A stretch of DNA of 64,000 nucleotides from Alphaproteobacteria bacterium (GTDB lineage Bacteria > Pseudomonadota > Alphaproteobacteria > SP197): positions 576,001 through 640,000 of the forward strand of contig OZ219920.1 of assembly GCA_964291415.2 (NCBI GenBank), given 5' to 3'. The translations under genes were made by a program, and so were the position numbers. Shown one piece after another: positions 12,906-23,195 of this stretch (the first letter of the stretch is position 1; every line of letters begins with the position of its first letter). A model generated the notes under the pieces. That model worked only from the letters and a program-made list of their open reading frames with translations. It ran no database searches and was not told where the DNA came from.

Positions 12906-13430
12906 TCAGCCACGGAAATGCCGGACCCTGGGGAGGAGGTCCGGGCCGGGACGGCCGTCGACGGTCGCGGCCCAACCGACGACATCCGGGCGCCGACCGA
13001 ACAACGCGAAGACCTGACCGTCCCGGTCGGGGCCAGGCTGGAGGCCGCCGTCGACGCGCCATCCGTGGGCCGCGCCGGGTTTCAGCGCCGCCGAAGGCGC
13101 GGCGATGCCGTCGGCATGTTCCCGATGCCGCCGGGCGGTTTGCTGGCAGGTGGGCCAGGTGCCCGGTCCGCCGGTCAGCGTTGCGTGTGGCAGGTCCGGT
13201 CGATGCGACGGGGTTTCGCCGATATCGACGGCCCAGAGGGCGCGACGGACGGTGGCGAGATCCTCCGGATCGCGGATCTCCTCGTGTCGAAGAAACTCCG
13301 CCCAGGCCCCGTCCGGCGTGTCGCAGAAGTAGTGGGTCAGCTCGCCCGGCGCGTTCCAGCGGCCAGCGGCTTGCGAGGACTCCTCCCGCAGAAAGGGAAA
13401 GCGGGGATCAGCGTGGCGATAGGCGATCAC
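12906..13430 (-). CDS. RES-domain toxin (NAD+-targeting family)
   Basis: YRH...GRWN...YFCD..GAWAE...APSAA; GTG start overlaps the antitoxin stop (GTGA). Confidence 0.85.
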   Translation of the reverse strand: MIAYRHADPRFPFLREESSQAAGRWNAPGELTHYFCDTPDGAWAEFLRHEEIRDPEDLATVRRALWAVDIGETPSHRPDLPHATLTGGPGTWPTCQQTARRHREHADGIAAPSAALKPGAAHGWRVDGGLQPGPDRDGQVFALFGRRPDVVGWAATVDGRPGPDLLPRVRHFRG

Positions 13431-14047
13431 GTCGCCGGCGACGACATCAGGGCCTGGGCGAGTTCGCGGACCCTTCGGGGCCCGTCGTCTCCCGGCGACC
13501 ACTCGTCGCCGAGTGCCTGCGCGGGCGTGTTACCGTCGAGTCGTTCTCGGGGCCGGTTGAACCAGCGCCGAACCCCGATGTCATTGTATGCGCCGGCCAG
13601 GTCCCCGACGACGAAGGCGAGAAAGTGAAGCCGGGCGGCGATCGTGTCCGGCGTGGAGCGGCTGCCGGAGATATAGCGCCGTGCACTGGACTGGGAGGTG
13701 CCGAGGAGGCGGGCCAGCAATTCTACTCCCAGGGCACCTTGCAGGGTGCGCCATTCATGCGCGGGGGCCGGGGACTGGTCGAGAGCCTCGTTGATCTTTT
13801 CCAGAAGCGTGGAAAGCCGTGCGGCATCGGAGCAGGGCATCCGGTGAAGCTCCGCAAGGAAGCGGCGGCCGATACCGGCCTCGGCCATGCCCGTTTCGAG
13901 TCCCTGAATCGCGGATTCGTCCAGGCAGGTGACGGGACGCAAGAGCAGGCCCATCGCGTCGGCGCGGGTCAACGCCCCGATCGCCGCGGAGGCAAGCCTC
14001 GGGTTATCGAACGGACTACGAATGGACTGGATATGGAGATTCGTCAT
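13427..14047 (-). CDS. Xre/MbcA/ParS-like antitoxin
   Basis: HTH (LARLLGTSQSSARRY) plus C-terminal VRRWFNRPRERLDGNTP; coupled to the RES gene. Confidence 0.8.
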   Translation of the reverse strand: MTNLHIQSIRSPFDNPRLASAAIGALTRADAMGLLLRPVTCLDESAIQGLETGMAEAGIGRRFLAELHRMPCSDAARLSTLLEKINEALDQSPAPAHEWRTLQGALGVELLARLLGTSQSSARRYISGSRSTPDTIAARLHFLAFVVGDLAGAYNDIGVRRWFNRPRERLDGNTPAQALGDEWSPGDDGPRRVRELAQALMSSPAT

Positions 14048-14856
14048 GACCCAAATGTATGCCGGGGCCGCGGTCGGGTCAATGCAGGCTGGTCCGGGCC
14101 GGTGCGGGTTCGTTCAGGTGGCACAGGGGCCGACGTGTCCGAACTCGTCGAGCCAGGTGCCATACGCCATCCGCAGCCTCCGCAAGCACGAAGGCCCGCA
14201 CCGCAGCGCGGGCCCGAGGTTGTCAGCAACGTGCCGGATGATGCGGGACCGGCATCCTCTCCCAGGGGAACGATCCCATGGCCCCTTGAGGCATTCACTC
14301 TACGGGTTCGCTGGAGCGGAACACGTCGACGCTGGAAGTCCGCAATCTCTCGCCCGGGTCTTCCGGCATCGCTTCGCTTCCTCCGGTTCAGCATCGCGTG
14401 ATTCCGCACAAGGGCCGAGTGGAGGAGAGTCCCGAGGGGTGTATCTGCTTTGAGAGCCGTCTGTTCAGACGACGACGCTGCAAGGTTGCCCAGGCTGCTT
14501 TCGCTGGGGAATCCAGGTTGCAGGGCAGACCTGCTTCAGGTGCGCAGAGCATGAGGGGATCATCGCCTTCCGGCCAGAGCGACCTCAGACAGACGGCACG
14601 TTCATGCCCGGCGTGGTCGCTCCTCCTGCCTGTGGTCGGGGAGGGAGCCTGAGTCGTGTCTCCAGCCTGGCAGGGAGACCGCCTTGCCGGCGCCGCAACC
14701 GGACGCCGCGGTGATGCCTCGGTTCTGAAGCGCCGTGCAAGACTTCCGCAATGTTCCGCGACCTGTCCTCAAGGTTGCTCAACAATAGGACGATACTACG
14801 AGCGATCCCGGTTCATCATCGTTGCCTCCGTTCACAACCCCGACGGAGGACTTCAA

Positions 14857-16300
14857 ATGCTCATTCAGACTCCATCACTCCTTGGCGGCGCCATTGTCGC
14901 AGCGCTCGCTTCATCGGCATGGGTTGCGGTGTCGGAATCGCCCCGGCCGTGGTCCCTGGAAGCGGGCTTCGAGGGCGATCCCATGTCCGTCGAGATTGCC
15001 CCTGGCCGGCGGTCCGAACCCGGGCGTTTGCGGTTTCTTTCCGGACGAGCCCCAGCTCGTCCTTGACTACGTCAGTGGAGAATCCGCCCTCAGTATCGGC
15101 ACGGCCAGTCGCGAGGCGGACACCACGCTTGAGGTCACGATGCCTTCAGGCAACGTCCTGTGCGATGATGACAGCGGCGGCGATGGTGACGCGCTCGTGA
15201 CGCTGCAGAACCCGGAAAGCGGCCGGTACGAGATTTGGGTCGGAACCTACTCAAACGCAGAGATCGGCAGCCGTTCCGATGTGTTCGTCACCGAACTCAT
15301 CTCAGGCGATGCCGGCGACAAGGCAGTCTCGCAGTCGACGCACCGGTGGTCCCTGGAAGCAGGCTTCGACGACGATCCCAGGTTCGTTGAGATTGGCGCC
15401 GGCGGCCCGAACCAGGGCGATTGCGGTTTCCTCCCGGACGAACCCCAGCTTGTCGTCGACTACATCAGTGGAGACTACGTGATCAGCTTCGGCACGGCGA
15501 GCTACGAGGCGGACACCACGCTTGAAGTCACAATGCCCTCGGGCCGCGTCCTGTGCGATGACGACAGCGGCGGCGACGGCGATGCGCTCGTGACACTGCA
15601 GAACCCGGAAAGCGGCCAGTACGAGATTCGGGTCGGAACCTTCTATCACGACGAGATCGGCAGCCGATCCGACATCTTCGTCACGGAAATGACAGGCGAG
15701 AGCGACGTTTTTTCCGGAACGGGCTTCCTGGTCTCCGGCCATCACATTGTCACGAACTGGCACGTCGTTGATGACGCTGTTGGCAGCGTGACCGTGCGCG
15801 CGTTGGGTCTGCCGGAGTTCCAGGCCGAGATCGTGACGTACAACGAAGCGGACGACATCGCGCTGCTCTACGCCGAAGAGATGCCCGAAGGGCTGATCGA
15901 GGTTGTCTTCCGCTCGCGGCCGCCGGTCTCCATCGGCGAAACGGTCTTCGCCTTCGGGTTCCCCATGCCGAACGGCAACTTCACGCAAGGCAGTGTTTCG
16001 GCACTGACCGGCGCCGAGGGCGATCTCGCCGGTCTCCAGTTCACGGCCCCGATCCAGCCGGGCAGTTCCGGTTCGCCGCTGTTTGACGCGGAGGGTCATG
16101 TGGTCGGCATGGTGACATCGAGAATCGCGGACGGACAACTGGTCAACTTCGCGCTGCGCGGCACCCTGGTCAGGGTCTTCCTCGACACGAACAATGTCGA
16201 CTACGAGCTCGCGAATTCGGACGACATCCTTCCGCCTGCCGACATCGGCAACCGTGCTCAGGATTCCGTGGTCGAGCTGATCGTAAACTCCGGCCTATGA
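14857..16300 (+). pseudogene. Secreted trypsin-like serine protease with two ~131-aa N-terminal repeats; frameshift near 15003
   Basis: Signal peptide in a different frame from the body; triad motifs TNWHVV, DDIALL, QPGSSGSP; repeat offset 397 nt before and 393 nt after the lesion (4 extra nt). Confidence 0.85.
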
Positions 16301-16465
16301 CGGTCCCCGGTCCCGGGCGCTGCCTCGACGAAGCGGCGCCCGGGACGATTCGTGTCGTGGCGAACCCCTGCTGCAAGACTTCCGCAAGACTCCGAAATCC
16401 CCCGCACATGTTGCGTGGGTCGTCGCTGTGGTTGAATGGGACACTGGGGCTGCAGGGTGGACGAC

Positions 16466-17974
16466 ATGCCTGATCGCAACTGGTGGGTCGCACTTGTCCT
16501 TGGCGCGGCAACGGCAGCGTTGACGGCCGTGGCAGCCTCCGAGCCCGCCGTCAGCGAACCTGAATTCGGCATCAACCGCGGCGCCCTGGCATTCGATGGC
16601 GCGTGCAACGATCCCCGGTTCGTCGCACAAGAGGGTCCGGACACAGGCGATCTCGAGCAGATCTTCGGCGATGCCGCGGACTGTCATGCCGCCTGGAGAA
16701 AGGGAGAGATTGTCTTGCGGCAGACCGGGCACTACCTGGTGAGCCGCATGGCCACGATCGGGCACCTCGACTACGACCTTGGCGACCTTGATCAAGCTTC
16801 CGGCGAAACCGGCGACACCCTGGGCTCCGACCAGGGGCCCTGGTCCTCGGATGGCGTGTGCAACGATCCCCGGTTCGCGGCCGATCCGCGTTGGCGTGGC
16901 GCCGTCGATCAGATCGACGAAGCCGAGGGCAGGGACTCCACTGACTGCCTCCTGGCATACCTGTCTCGCCAGGCGTGGCCGATCCGGTTTCGGCCAACCG
17001 ACGGCGAGGGCCTCGTGTTTGGCGACGACAGCGGCGAGTGGGCCAACGATGGCGAATGTGACGATCCCAGGTTCATCGGAACTGCTGCCGCCGAGAGCGC
17101 CAGCGTGTCGCACCTCCTGCGCGATGCTTCGGACTGTTACGAGGCCTGGACCAACGTGGACGTCACGCTGATCTTGCCGGTCGCTGTCCTCGACAGCCTG
17201 CCGGCCGGATTCGACCTTGGCGGCGACACCAGCGAATGGGTGTTCGATGGCGAATGCGATGACCCGCGGTTCGAAGGGATGGGCATGGCCCGCGATCCGC
17301 TCACCGTGGATCAGGCGCGAGACGCAACCGATTGCGTCAAGGGTCTGCTGAGCGGCGCGGTCGAACTGAAACTCCCACGACTGCAGGACGGGACGGTTCT
17401 GTCCTTCGGAGACAACGCAGGCGCGTGGGCTGGTGACGGCGTGTGCAACGATTCCCGGTTCGTGGCCGATCCACGATGGCCGGATGACGCTCTTCCTGTC
17501 GTTGACGCCCGACACCATGATGGCGCCGACTGCGAGCAGGGGTTCCTCGAGCGCCGCGTCTGGCCGGCATGGGCGTTGTCGGAGGACAGCAAGGGCCTCG
17601 TGTTCGGCGACGACAGCGGCGAGTGGGTCAACGACGGGGAATGTGACGATCCCAGGTTCTTCGGAGTTGCTGCCGCCGAGAGCGCCAGCGAATCGAACCT
17701 CCTGCGCGATGCTTCAGACTGTCACGAGGCCTGGACCAGCGGGCGCGTCACGCTGATCTCGTCGGTCGCTCTGCTCGACAGGCTGCCGGCCGGATTCGAC
17801 CTTGGCAGGGACACCAGCGAATGGGCGTTCGATGGCGAATGCGACGATCCACGGTTTGAAGGCGATAACGTGGCGTCCGAATTGCATCCGGAAAACCAGG
17901 GACGTGACGCAACCGACTGTGGACGCGCCTTCCTGAAGGGCAAGGCAGACATCAGGACGCAAGCGCTGCAGTGA
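16466..17974 (+). CDS. Secreted acidic protein with seven DG(E/V/A)C(D/N)D(P/S)RF...D(A/S/G)xDC repeats
   Basis: Signal-like N-terminus; 7 repeats each with a Cys pair; 585-bp internal DNA duplication. Confidence 0.85.
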   Translation: MPDRNWWVALVLGAATAALTAVAASEPAVSEPEFGINRGALAFDGACNDPRFVAQEGPDTGDLEQIFGDAADCHAAWRKGEIVLRQTGHYLVSRMATIGHLDYDLGDLDQASGETGDTLGSDQGPWSSDGVCNDPRFAADPRWRGAVDQIDEAEGRDSTDCLLAYLSRQAWPIRFRPTDGEGLVFGDDSGEWANDGECDDPRFIGTAAAESASVSHLLRDASDCYEAWTNVDVTLILPVAVLDSLPAGFDLGGDTSEWVFDGECDDPRFEGMGMARDPLTVDQARDATDCVKGLLSGAVELKLPRLQDGTVLSFGDNAGAWAGDGVCNDSRFVADPRWPDDALPVVDARHHDGADCEQGFLERRVWPAWALSEDSKGLVFGDDSGEWVNDGECDDPRFFGVAAAESASESNLLRDASDCHEAWTSGRVTLISSVALLDRLPAGFDLGRDTSEWAFDGECDDPRFEGDNVASELHPENQGRDATDCGRAFLKGKADIRTQALQ

Positions 17975-17993
17975 CCACCGCGCGAGACATCGA

Positions 17994-18848
17994 ATGGACA
18001 GCTACGAATACAAGGTTCTGATCGTCGATGATGAGGATGACGTCCGCAACGGCTGGGTGGCGGGATTGTGCGCGCTGGGAGTGCGCGGACGGGAGTTCTT
18101 CGCCATGGGCGCGAGGACGGCCGGGGACGCTCTTGACCTCCTCTCGGAGGAGAGGGCACGTGGCGCCCCCTTCAACGTCGCGGTGCTCGATCTGCATCTC
18201 GAGGCAAGTGGCGAACCCTACGAGACTGACCGGTGGGCTCTCGCAAGGCAGCTGAAGGAACTCTATCAGCCCTATCCCGACCTGGGGATCATCGTGGTGA
18301 CGGCCATCCACCACGATCCGGCCGATTTCAAGACCGCCAGCGACATTGCCGATGGAGGCTATCTCTCCAAGGCCGCAATCGACGCCGAGAATCTCGCCGA
18401 GGTCATCAGAACGCGCTTTCCGCCGCGAGAGGCTCCCGTCTTCTGGTTCTCTCCGGCGCACCAGGACGACCAGGAAAGGGCCTTCATCCTGAACACGGGC
18501 ACCATGACGCTGCGTCGCCTCCCTGGCCGGGCCAAGGTATCGACGCCGCGCGGCACAGGCGATCTCTGGTTTCTCGAGGTGTTCCTGCGCGAGGCCCTGG
18601 ACAAATCCCCGGAAACTCTGGTCGGGTACGACACAATCTATGCCTACAAGGACGGCCGGCACCAGACGACCATCCCGATACCCTGGCACCTGGGCACTCA
18701 GCGGACCCAGGGAGAGGACAACAGCTGGATTCATCAACCCGTGTCCCGGCTGCGCACTCTCCTCGATCCGGTGGAAAAGGGCATCTTCGAGAACAGGCGC
18801 AATGAAGGCTACGTGGTCGCGGCAAGAGTCAAGAGGGTCGACGATTGA
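17994..18848 (+). CDS. Response regulator (REC plus winged-helix-like output)
   Basis: VLIVDDE, AVLDLHL, IIVVTA, YLSK; C-terminal VSRLR...NRRNEGY. Confidence 0.8.
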   Translation: MDSYEYKVLIVDDEDDVRNGWVAGLCALGVRGREFFAMGARTAGDALDLLSEERARGAPFNVAVLDLHLEASGEPYETDRWALARQLKELYQPYPDLGIIVVTAIHHDPADFKTASDIADGGYLSKAAIDAENLAEVIRTRFPPREAPVFWFSPAHQDDQERAFILNTGTMTLRRLPGRAKVSTPRGTGDLWFLEVFLREALDKSPETLVGYDTIYAYKDGRHQTTIPIPWHLGTQRTQGEDNSWIHQPVSRLRTLLDPVEKGIFENRRNEGYVVAARVKRVDD

Positions 18849-20143
18849 TGGTGTGGCACCCCCTGTTCAGGGTTGTCCGGCCCCTGTCGCTGCTCGCACT
18901 TTCGTTCGTCATCGCCGGTGTCATTCTCCACCTTCTGCATGTCACCGTTCCGCCGTCGTTACCCTCGAACGCCCACGATTTGTTCCGGTCAAAGTGCCAC
19001 CTGAGTGACGCTGCCAGAAAGCACTTTTCGGAAAGCCAGGAGGCTTACGCAGAAACTCGCGCCGACACTGAGTTTCGATGGTACCCAAGCGTCAGCTATC
19101 CGCGGTTCGAGGGCATGCATGGTGTTGTTCTGGGAGTGCCGGACATCCCGGAGGAGGGCGTGTCCGGTCAGAACAAGGAGGGCGCCTACGGCACCAGGGG
19201 CGGGGTCCGCATCTGGCCGGCCGTGGAAGGAGAATGGCCATTTCTCCGGGCGAGGGTGCCGGTGTCCAGGATCATTCATTGTGTCAACAAGGATCCATCC
19301 CTGAAGAACAGCGACGGCGAGGGGACCTACATCCTTGTCGAAAGCACATGGGTGCACGATGACTCGTTCGAGACGAAGGCGATTCTGATTCTGATTCTCT
19401 TCCTGGTCAGCACCGGCGCGTTTGCCCTGGTTGTCTGGTATGCCGGCCGTCGCCGCCAGATGATGGACATCAGGCATGATCTCAGAAACATGTTGAACGG
19501 GCTCGTCAATGTGCTCAGCCAGCAGCTGCGCGAAGAGCATGATCCGCAGACCGCCCAGACGATCATGAAGACCGTCACCACACGCATCGACTACCTGGTC
19601 CAGATGGTGGAACCGGGACGCTACAAGAGCGAAACCGAGATTCTGCATCTTCGTTCGCTGTTTCTCGATCTCGGCATGAACGTCCCGACGGATGTCGAGG
19701 TCGACCTGGACTGCCCGGATGCGATCGACATCGAATGCTGGGAGGAGTACTTCAGGCGGGCCATCGACAACGCTCTCGTGAACGCGGCTTCCGCAGCACG
19801 GGCGGCATCCCATCCCCTGGTGCGAATCCGCGTCCGCGCCACGGCGAGGACGGTGAAGATTGTCATCGAAAACAACGGAAAGCGGGTTCCTGTCCATGTG
19901 TTGCGGAGCTTTGGCCGCCGTCATTCGCTGCGCGTGCGGGGCAGCAGCGTGGGACTTGGCCTCAACATCGTGCGATCCGTGATATGGCGCCATGGCGGCA
20001 GGATCGCGCTCGACAACGTTGCGCCCGGCGACGAAGTCGGCGTGCGTCTGACGCTTCGCCTGCCGCGCCGACAGACTCATCCGTTGTCACTGCTTTCCGG
20101 ACAATCACGATCCAGGGACGCGACGAGCGCCCCCCACCCATGA
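18845..20143 (+). CDS. Membrane sensor histidine kinase
   Basis: Two TM segments; RHDLRN H-box, DNALVNA N-box, GLGLNIV G2 box; ATGA overlap with the regulator. Confidence 0.82.
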   Translation: MMVWHPLFRVVRPLSLLALSFVIAGVILHLLHVTVPPSLPSNAHDLFRSKCHLSDAARKHFSESQEAYAETRADTEFRWYPSVSYPRFEGMHGVVLGVPDIPEEGVSGQNKEGAYGTRGGVRIWPAVEGEWPFLRARVPVSRIIHCVNKDPSLKNSDGEGTYILVESTWVHDDSFETKAILILILFLVSTGAFALVVWYAGRRRQMMDIRHDLRNMLNGLVNVLSQQLREEHDPQTAQTIMKTVTTRIDYLVQMVEPGRYKSETEILHLRSLFLDLGMNVPTDVEVDLDCPDAIDIECWEEYFRRAIDNALVNAASAARAASHPLVRIRVRATARTVKIVIENNGKRVPVHVLRSFGRRHSLRVRGSSVGLGLNIVRSVIWRHGGRIALDNVAPGDEVGVRLTLRLPRRQTHPLSLLSGQSRSRDATSAPHP

Positions 20144-20617
20144 CAGTGGATGCGCCATCGTGTCTGGTCACGAGGATTCGCTTGCGATCCCCTTCCGCCG
20201 GAGAGCCGGACGTGTCCGAATGAGGGCCCCCGGTTCCTCGCATGGCGGCCTTGCTCAGATCGTGCCCCGAGCCGTGGCGTAGAAGCCTGGCGTCTCGGCG
20301 TATTGGGCCGGGGCGTTCAGGCCACCCGCCATGCCGGGGTTCCCCAAGGGCTGGCGCGAGGAGATCAAGGCCGGCCTGGCGGGCCAGGTCGAGGCTGGCG
20401 GAACGCTTTACGGCGTCCGTTCGGACGGTGCTTGCATTGCAAGGACCAGCGAAGGGGAGAGGGTGCTCGGTCCGATCCGAGCGGAAGCCTGCCTGACCCC
20501 GTCTGCGTCGGCCGTCATGCCGACCCTTGTCGTCTCGGCTATCCGCCGCAAGTCTCGTTCGACTCGGGTGGAGTTGCGACTGTCGGGGGCGACACTGCTG
20601 GCACAGTCGGTGTCGAT

Positions 20618-21061
20618 CTAGCTGGTTTCCACGATCCGAAGATGCGGGTCCGGTCGAAGGTGCCGGGGTACAAGCCGGCCCGCACGGCGGTTCAGCGTCG
20701 CCAGGCACCCCGATCTTGTCCGCGCAAGCGACAGGAGGTAGGCATCGGTCACCTGACGATGCCCCGTGAAGAGGATGTCTCGGGAGAACCCGGCCGACAC
20801 GCAGTCAACGTCATCGGACCAGAATTCTTGGCCGTCCATGGCAGTGATGTCCTGCAGCAAGGATGGCGCCGTGGGCGGCGAAGCCGCGCCCGATGTAAAC
20901 GCGGTGTTGGAAGAAAGCGGGACAAATCCGAGCTGGGTCAGCGGACAGGTCGCCCAGCCCGTCGATGCTTCCCGTTCGAATCACGCGTGGGCAGGATCGT
21001 GATGAACGTGCGACGGCCACGCCAGGGCGGGCAGCAGGTTGAGGTCCAGGAGGAAGATCAA
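20618..21061 (-). pseudogene. vapC: VapC PIN-domain toxin with premature TGA at codon 27
   Basis: TTG-IFLLDLNLL..WPSHVHH..A*F...WATCPLTQLGFV...GHRQVTDAYLL; stop at 20981-20983 where Trp is expected. Confidence 0.85.
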
Positions 21062-21285
21062 AGCTCGTCTTCGTACCGCTTCACGCGATCGAGGGTCAGA
21101 ACGGTACCGTCGCGGGAGACATCGAATACGGGAAAACCCTTGCGTTTTCGCACAACCGTCGTCTCCGGTCGCAATCCGCGTCGCGCCAGGTCGGAGAGCA
21201 CCGCGCCCACCGAGAGGTTTCGCTCGTCCGCGATCGACCTGGCCGCCTCGAGAATCTCGTCGTCAATGTTCAGCGTCGTTCTCAT
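21058..21285 (-). CDS. vapB: VapB-type RHH antitoxin
   Basis: MRTTLNIDDEIL...SVGAVLSDLARRGL; overlaps the vapC start. Confidence 0.85.
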   Translation of the reverse strand: MRTTLNIDDEILEAARSIADERNLSVGAVLSDLARRGLRPETTVVRKRKGFPVFDVSRDGTVLTLDRVKRYEDEL

Positions 21286-21709
21286 GCCGGAGAGGATGCC
21301 ATCACGATGCTATGATATCGAGATGTGTTCATGCGGAGTGACATCGGGAACGACGTGGACCTTGCAGCCAGAGCAGGTGAGCAGATTGTCGAGATTGCTG
21401 CGCGGACAGGCAGCGGCCCTGGGGTGGACCAGTGCGGTTTCTCGGTCTGAAGCCGTCGCGCCCGTTACCGTCGCGGGCCATCCACAACTCCTCGTTTCGG
21501 ACCTTGCGGATCCAGGGAGGCATTCTTCTGCCGCGGCTGGAAGGAAGAACTGAGCGAGAGCCAGGTTGGGCGGATCCGCGAGATCCATGACGATCAAACG
21601 AAACGCTTCGGCTCCCTGCCCGAAGGGTCCTGACGAGCGGGTTCGAGCATTCGGGGGGCGCCGGTCAGCGAGCTTCTGATCCCGTCAGCGGCGAACGGGT
21701 CTCCCCTTG

Positions 21710-23029
21710 TCAGATGTCCTCGGGCAGGACCTGGTTCAGCACGATGGCGATGACGGCCGTGGGAAGCAGGCCGGAGACGGCCATGGTGTGAAGGACGCCC
21801 GGCAGGTACTGGACGGCGGTGGGGACCAGGTTGAGGCCGAGCCCGAAGGCCAGTGACACGGCGATGATCACCATGTTCCTGCGGTTCATGGTCACGGTGG
21901 CCAGCATGTTGAGGCCGGCGGCGGCCACCATGCCGAACATCACGATGACGCCGCCACCGAGGACGGGGAGCGGCATGGAGGCGATCACCGCGCCGATCTT
22001 CGGCAGGAAACCGCACACGACAAGGATGATGGCGCCGATCGTGACGACGTGCCGGCTCATGATTCCGGTCATGCCGACAATGCCGACGTTCTGGCTGAAC
22101 GACGTGTTGGGAAGGCCACCGAAGACGGATGCCACCGCGGTCCCGAGACCGTCGGCGTAGGTTGCGCCGGCAATCTCCTTGTCGGTCGCGTCACGGTTGG
22201 CGCCCGCCTTCGCCGTGGCGGAGGTGTCACCGACCGTCTCCACGGCCGATACGATGCAGATCAGCGTCACCGCGATGACGGCGCCAAGGCTGAATTCCAG
22301 CCCGTGGGGGAAAACATCGGGGACGGCGACGATGCCCGCCTTCTCCACCGGGGCGAAGCTCACCATGCCGAGGATGAGCGCCAGGACATAGCCCGCCACC
22401 AGGCCGACCAGCACGGCTGCAGCCGAGATGATCCCGCGGCAGTAGAACTTGGCGACGATGGCCACGATCACGACGACGAGCGCCACGGACCAGTGCTCCA
22501 GCGATCCGAAGCTCTCCGCCTCCATCTGGAACGTGGCGGCGCCCCCGGCCGCGTACTTGACGGCCACGGGGATGAGATAGAGGCCAATCGCCAGGATCAC
22601 CAGTCCTGTCACGAGAGGAGGAAAGAGGAAGCGGATGCGGCCGATGATGGTGCCGAACCCGAAATGGATGATGCCCCCGATGAGACAGGCGGTCAGGGCG
22701 ACGCCGAGGCCCTCGGTGGCGGCAATAGCCGTCAGCACCGAGACGAAGGCAAAGCTGGTTCCCTGCATGATCGGCAGGCGGGATCCGACCGGACCGACGC
22801 CAACCGTCTGGAAGAGGGTGGCGATGCCCGCAAAGAGCATGGCCATCTGGATGAGATAGACCTGTTCGGCGCCCCCGAAGGCCAGACCGGCGGCGCCGGC
22901 GACGATGATGGAAGGGGTGATGTTGGAGGCGAACATCGCCAGCACGTGCTGCAGGCCGAGTGGTATCGCTTCCACCAGCGGCGGCGTGACGTCGGGGTTC
23001 GCGTACCGGTTCTCTGCCTGGCTGGTCAT
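21710..23029 (-). CDS. NCS2 family purine (xanthine/uracil) permease
   Basis: GLQHVLAMF, PIMQGTSFAF, TSFSQNVG signature. Confidence 0.93.
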   Translation of the reverse strand: MTSQAENRYANPDVTPPLVEAIPLGLQHVLAMFASNITPSIIVAGAAGLAFGGAEQVYLIQMAMLFAGIATLFQTVGVGPVGSRLPIMQGTSFAFVSVLTAIAATEGLGVALTACLIGGIIHFGFGTIIGRIRFLFPPLVTGLVILAIGLYLIPVAVKYAAGGAATFQMEAESFGSLEHWSVALVVVIVAIVAKFYCRGIISAAAVLVGLVAGYVLALILGMVSFAPVEKAGIVAVPDVFPHGLEFSLGAVIAVTLICIVSAVETVGDTSATAKAGANRDATDKEIAGATYADGLGTAVASVFGGLPNTSFSQNVGIVGMTGIMSRHVVTIGAIILVVCGFLPKIGAVIASMPLPVLGGGVIVMFGMVAAAGLNMLATVTMNRRNMVIIAVSLAFGLGLNLVPTAVQYLPGVLHTMAVSGLLPTAVIAIVLNQVLPEDI

Positions 23030-23195
23030 GGCTGCCGACGCTCCCTTGTGTTCTTGCCCTGCATCATGAAGGCCGCCGGAGGATTTGTCACACGCGGCCT
23101 CGTCCTTGCGCACGCAATCCGGATGCCGTCTACTCTGGCCCTGCCGGGAACCTTGGTGCCTGGCTCATGACGAGTGCGGGAACCTGTAGCCAGCA

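Noticed and set aside
12248-14401. 717-aa ORF on +
   Set aside because: MFS remnant running into the antisense of RES-Xre; not a coherent protein
20981-20983. In-frame TGA (and TAG at 55179) as stop-codon recoding
   Set aside because: TGA and TAG end many intact genes here and Trp is TGG elsewhere; simple nonsense mutations fit better
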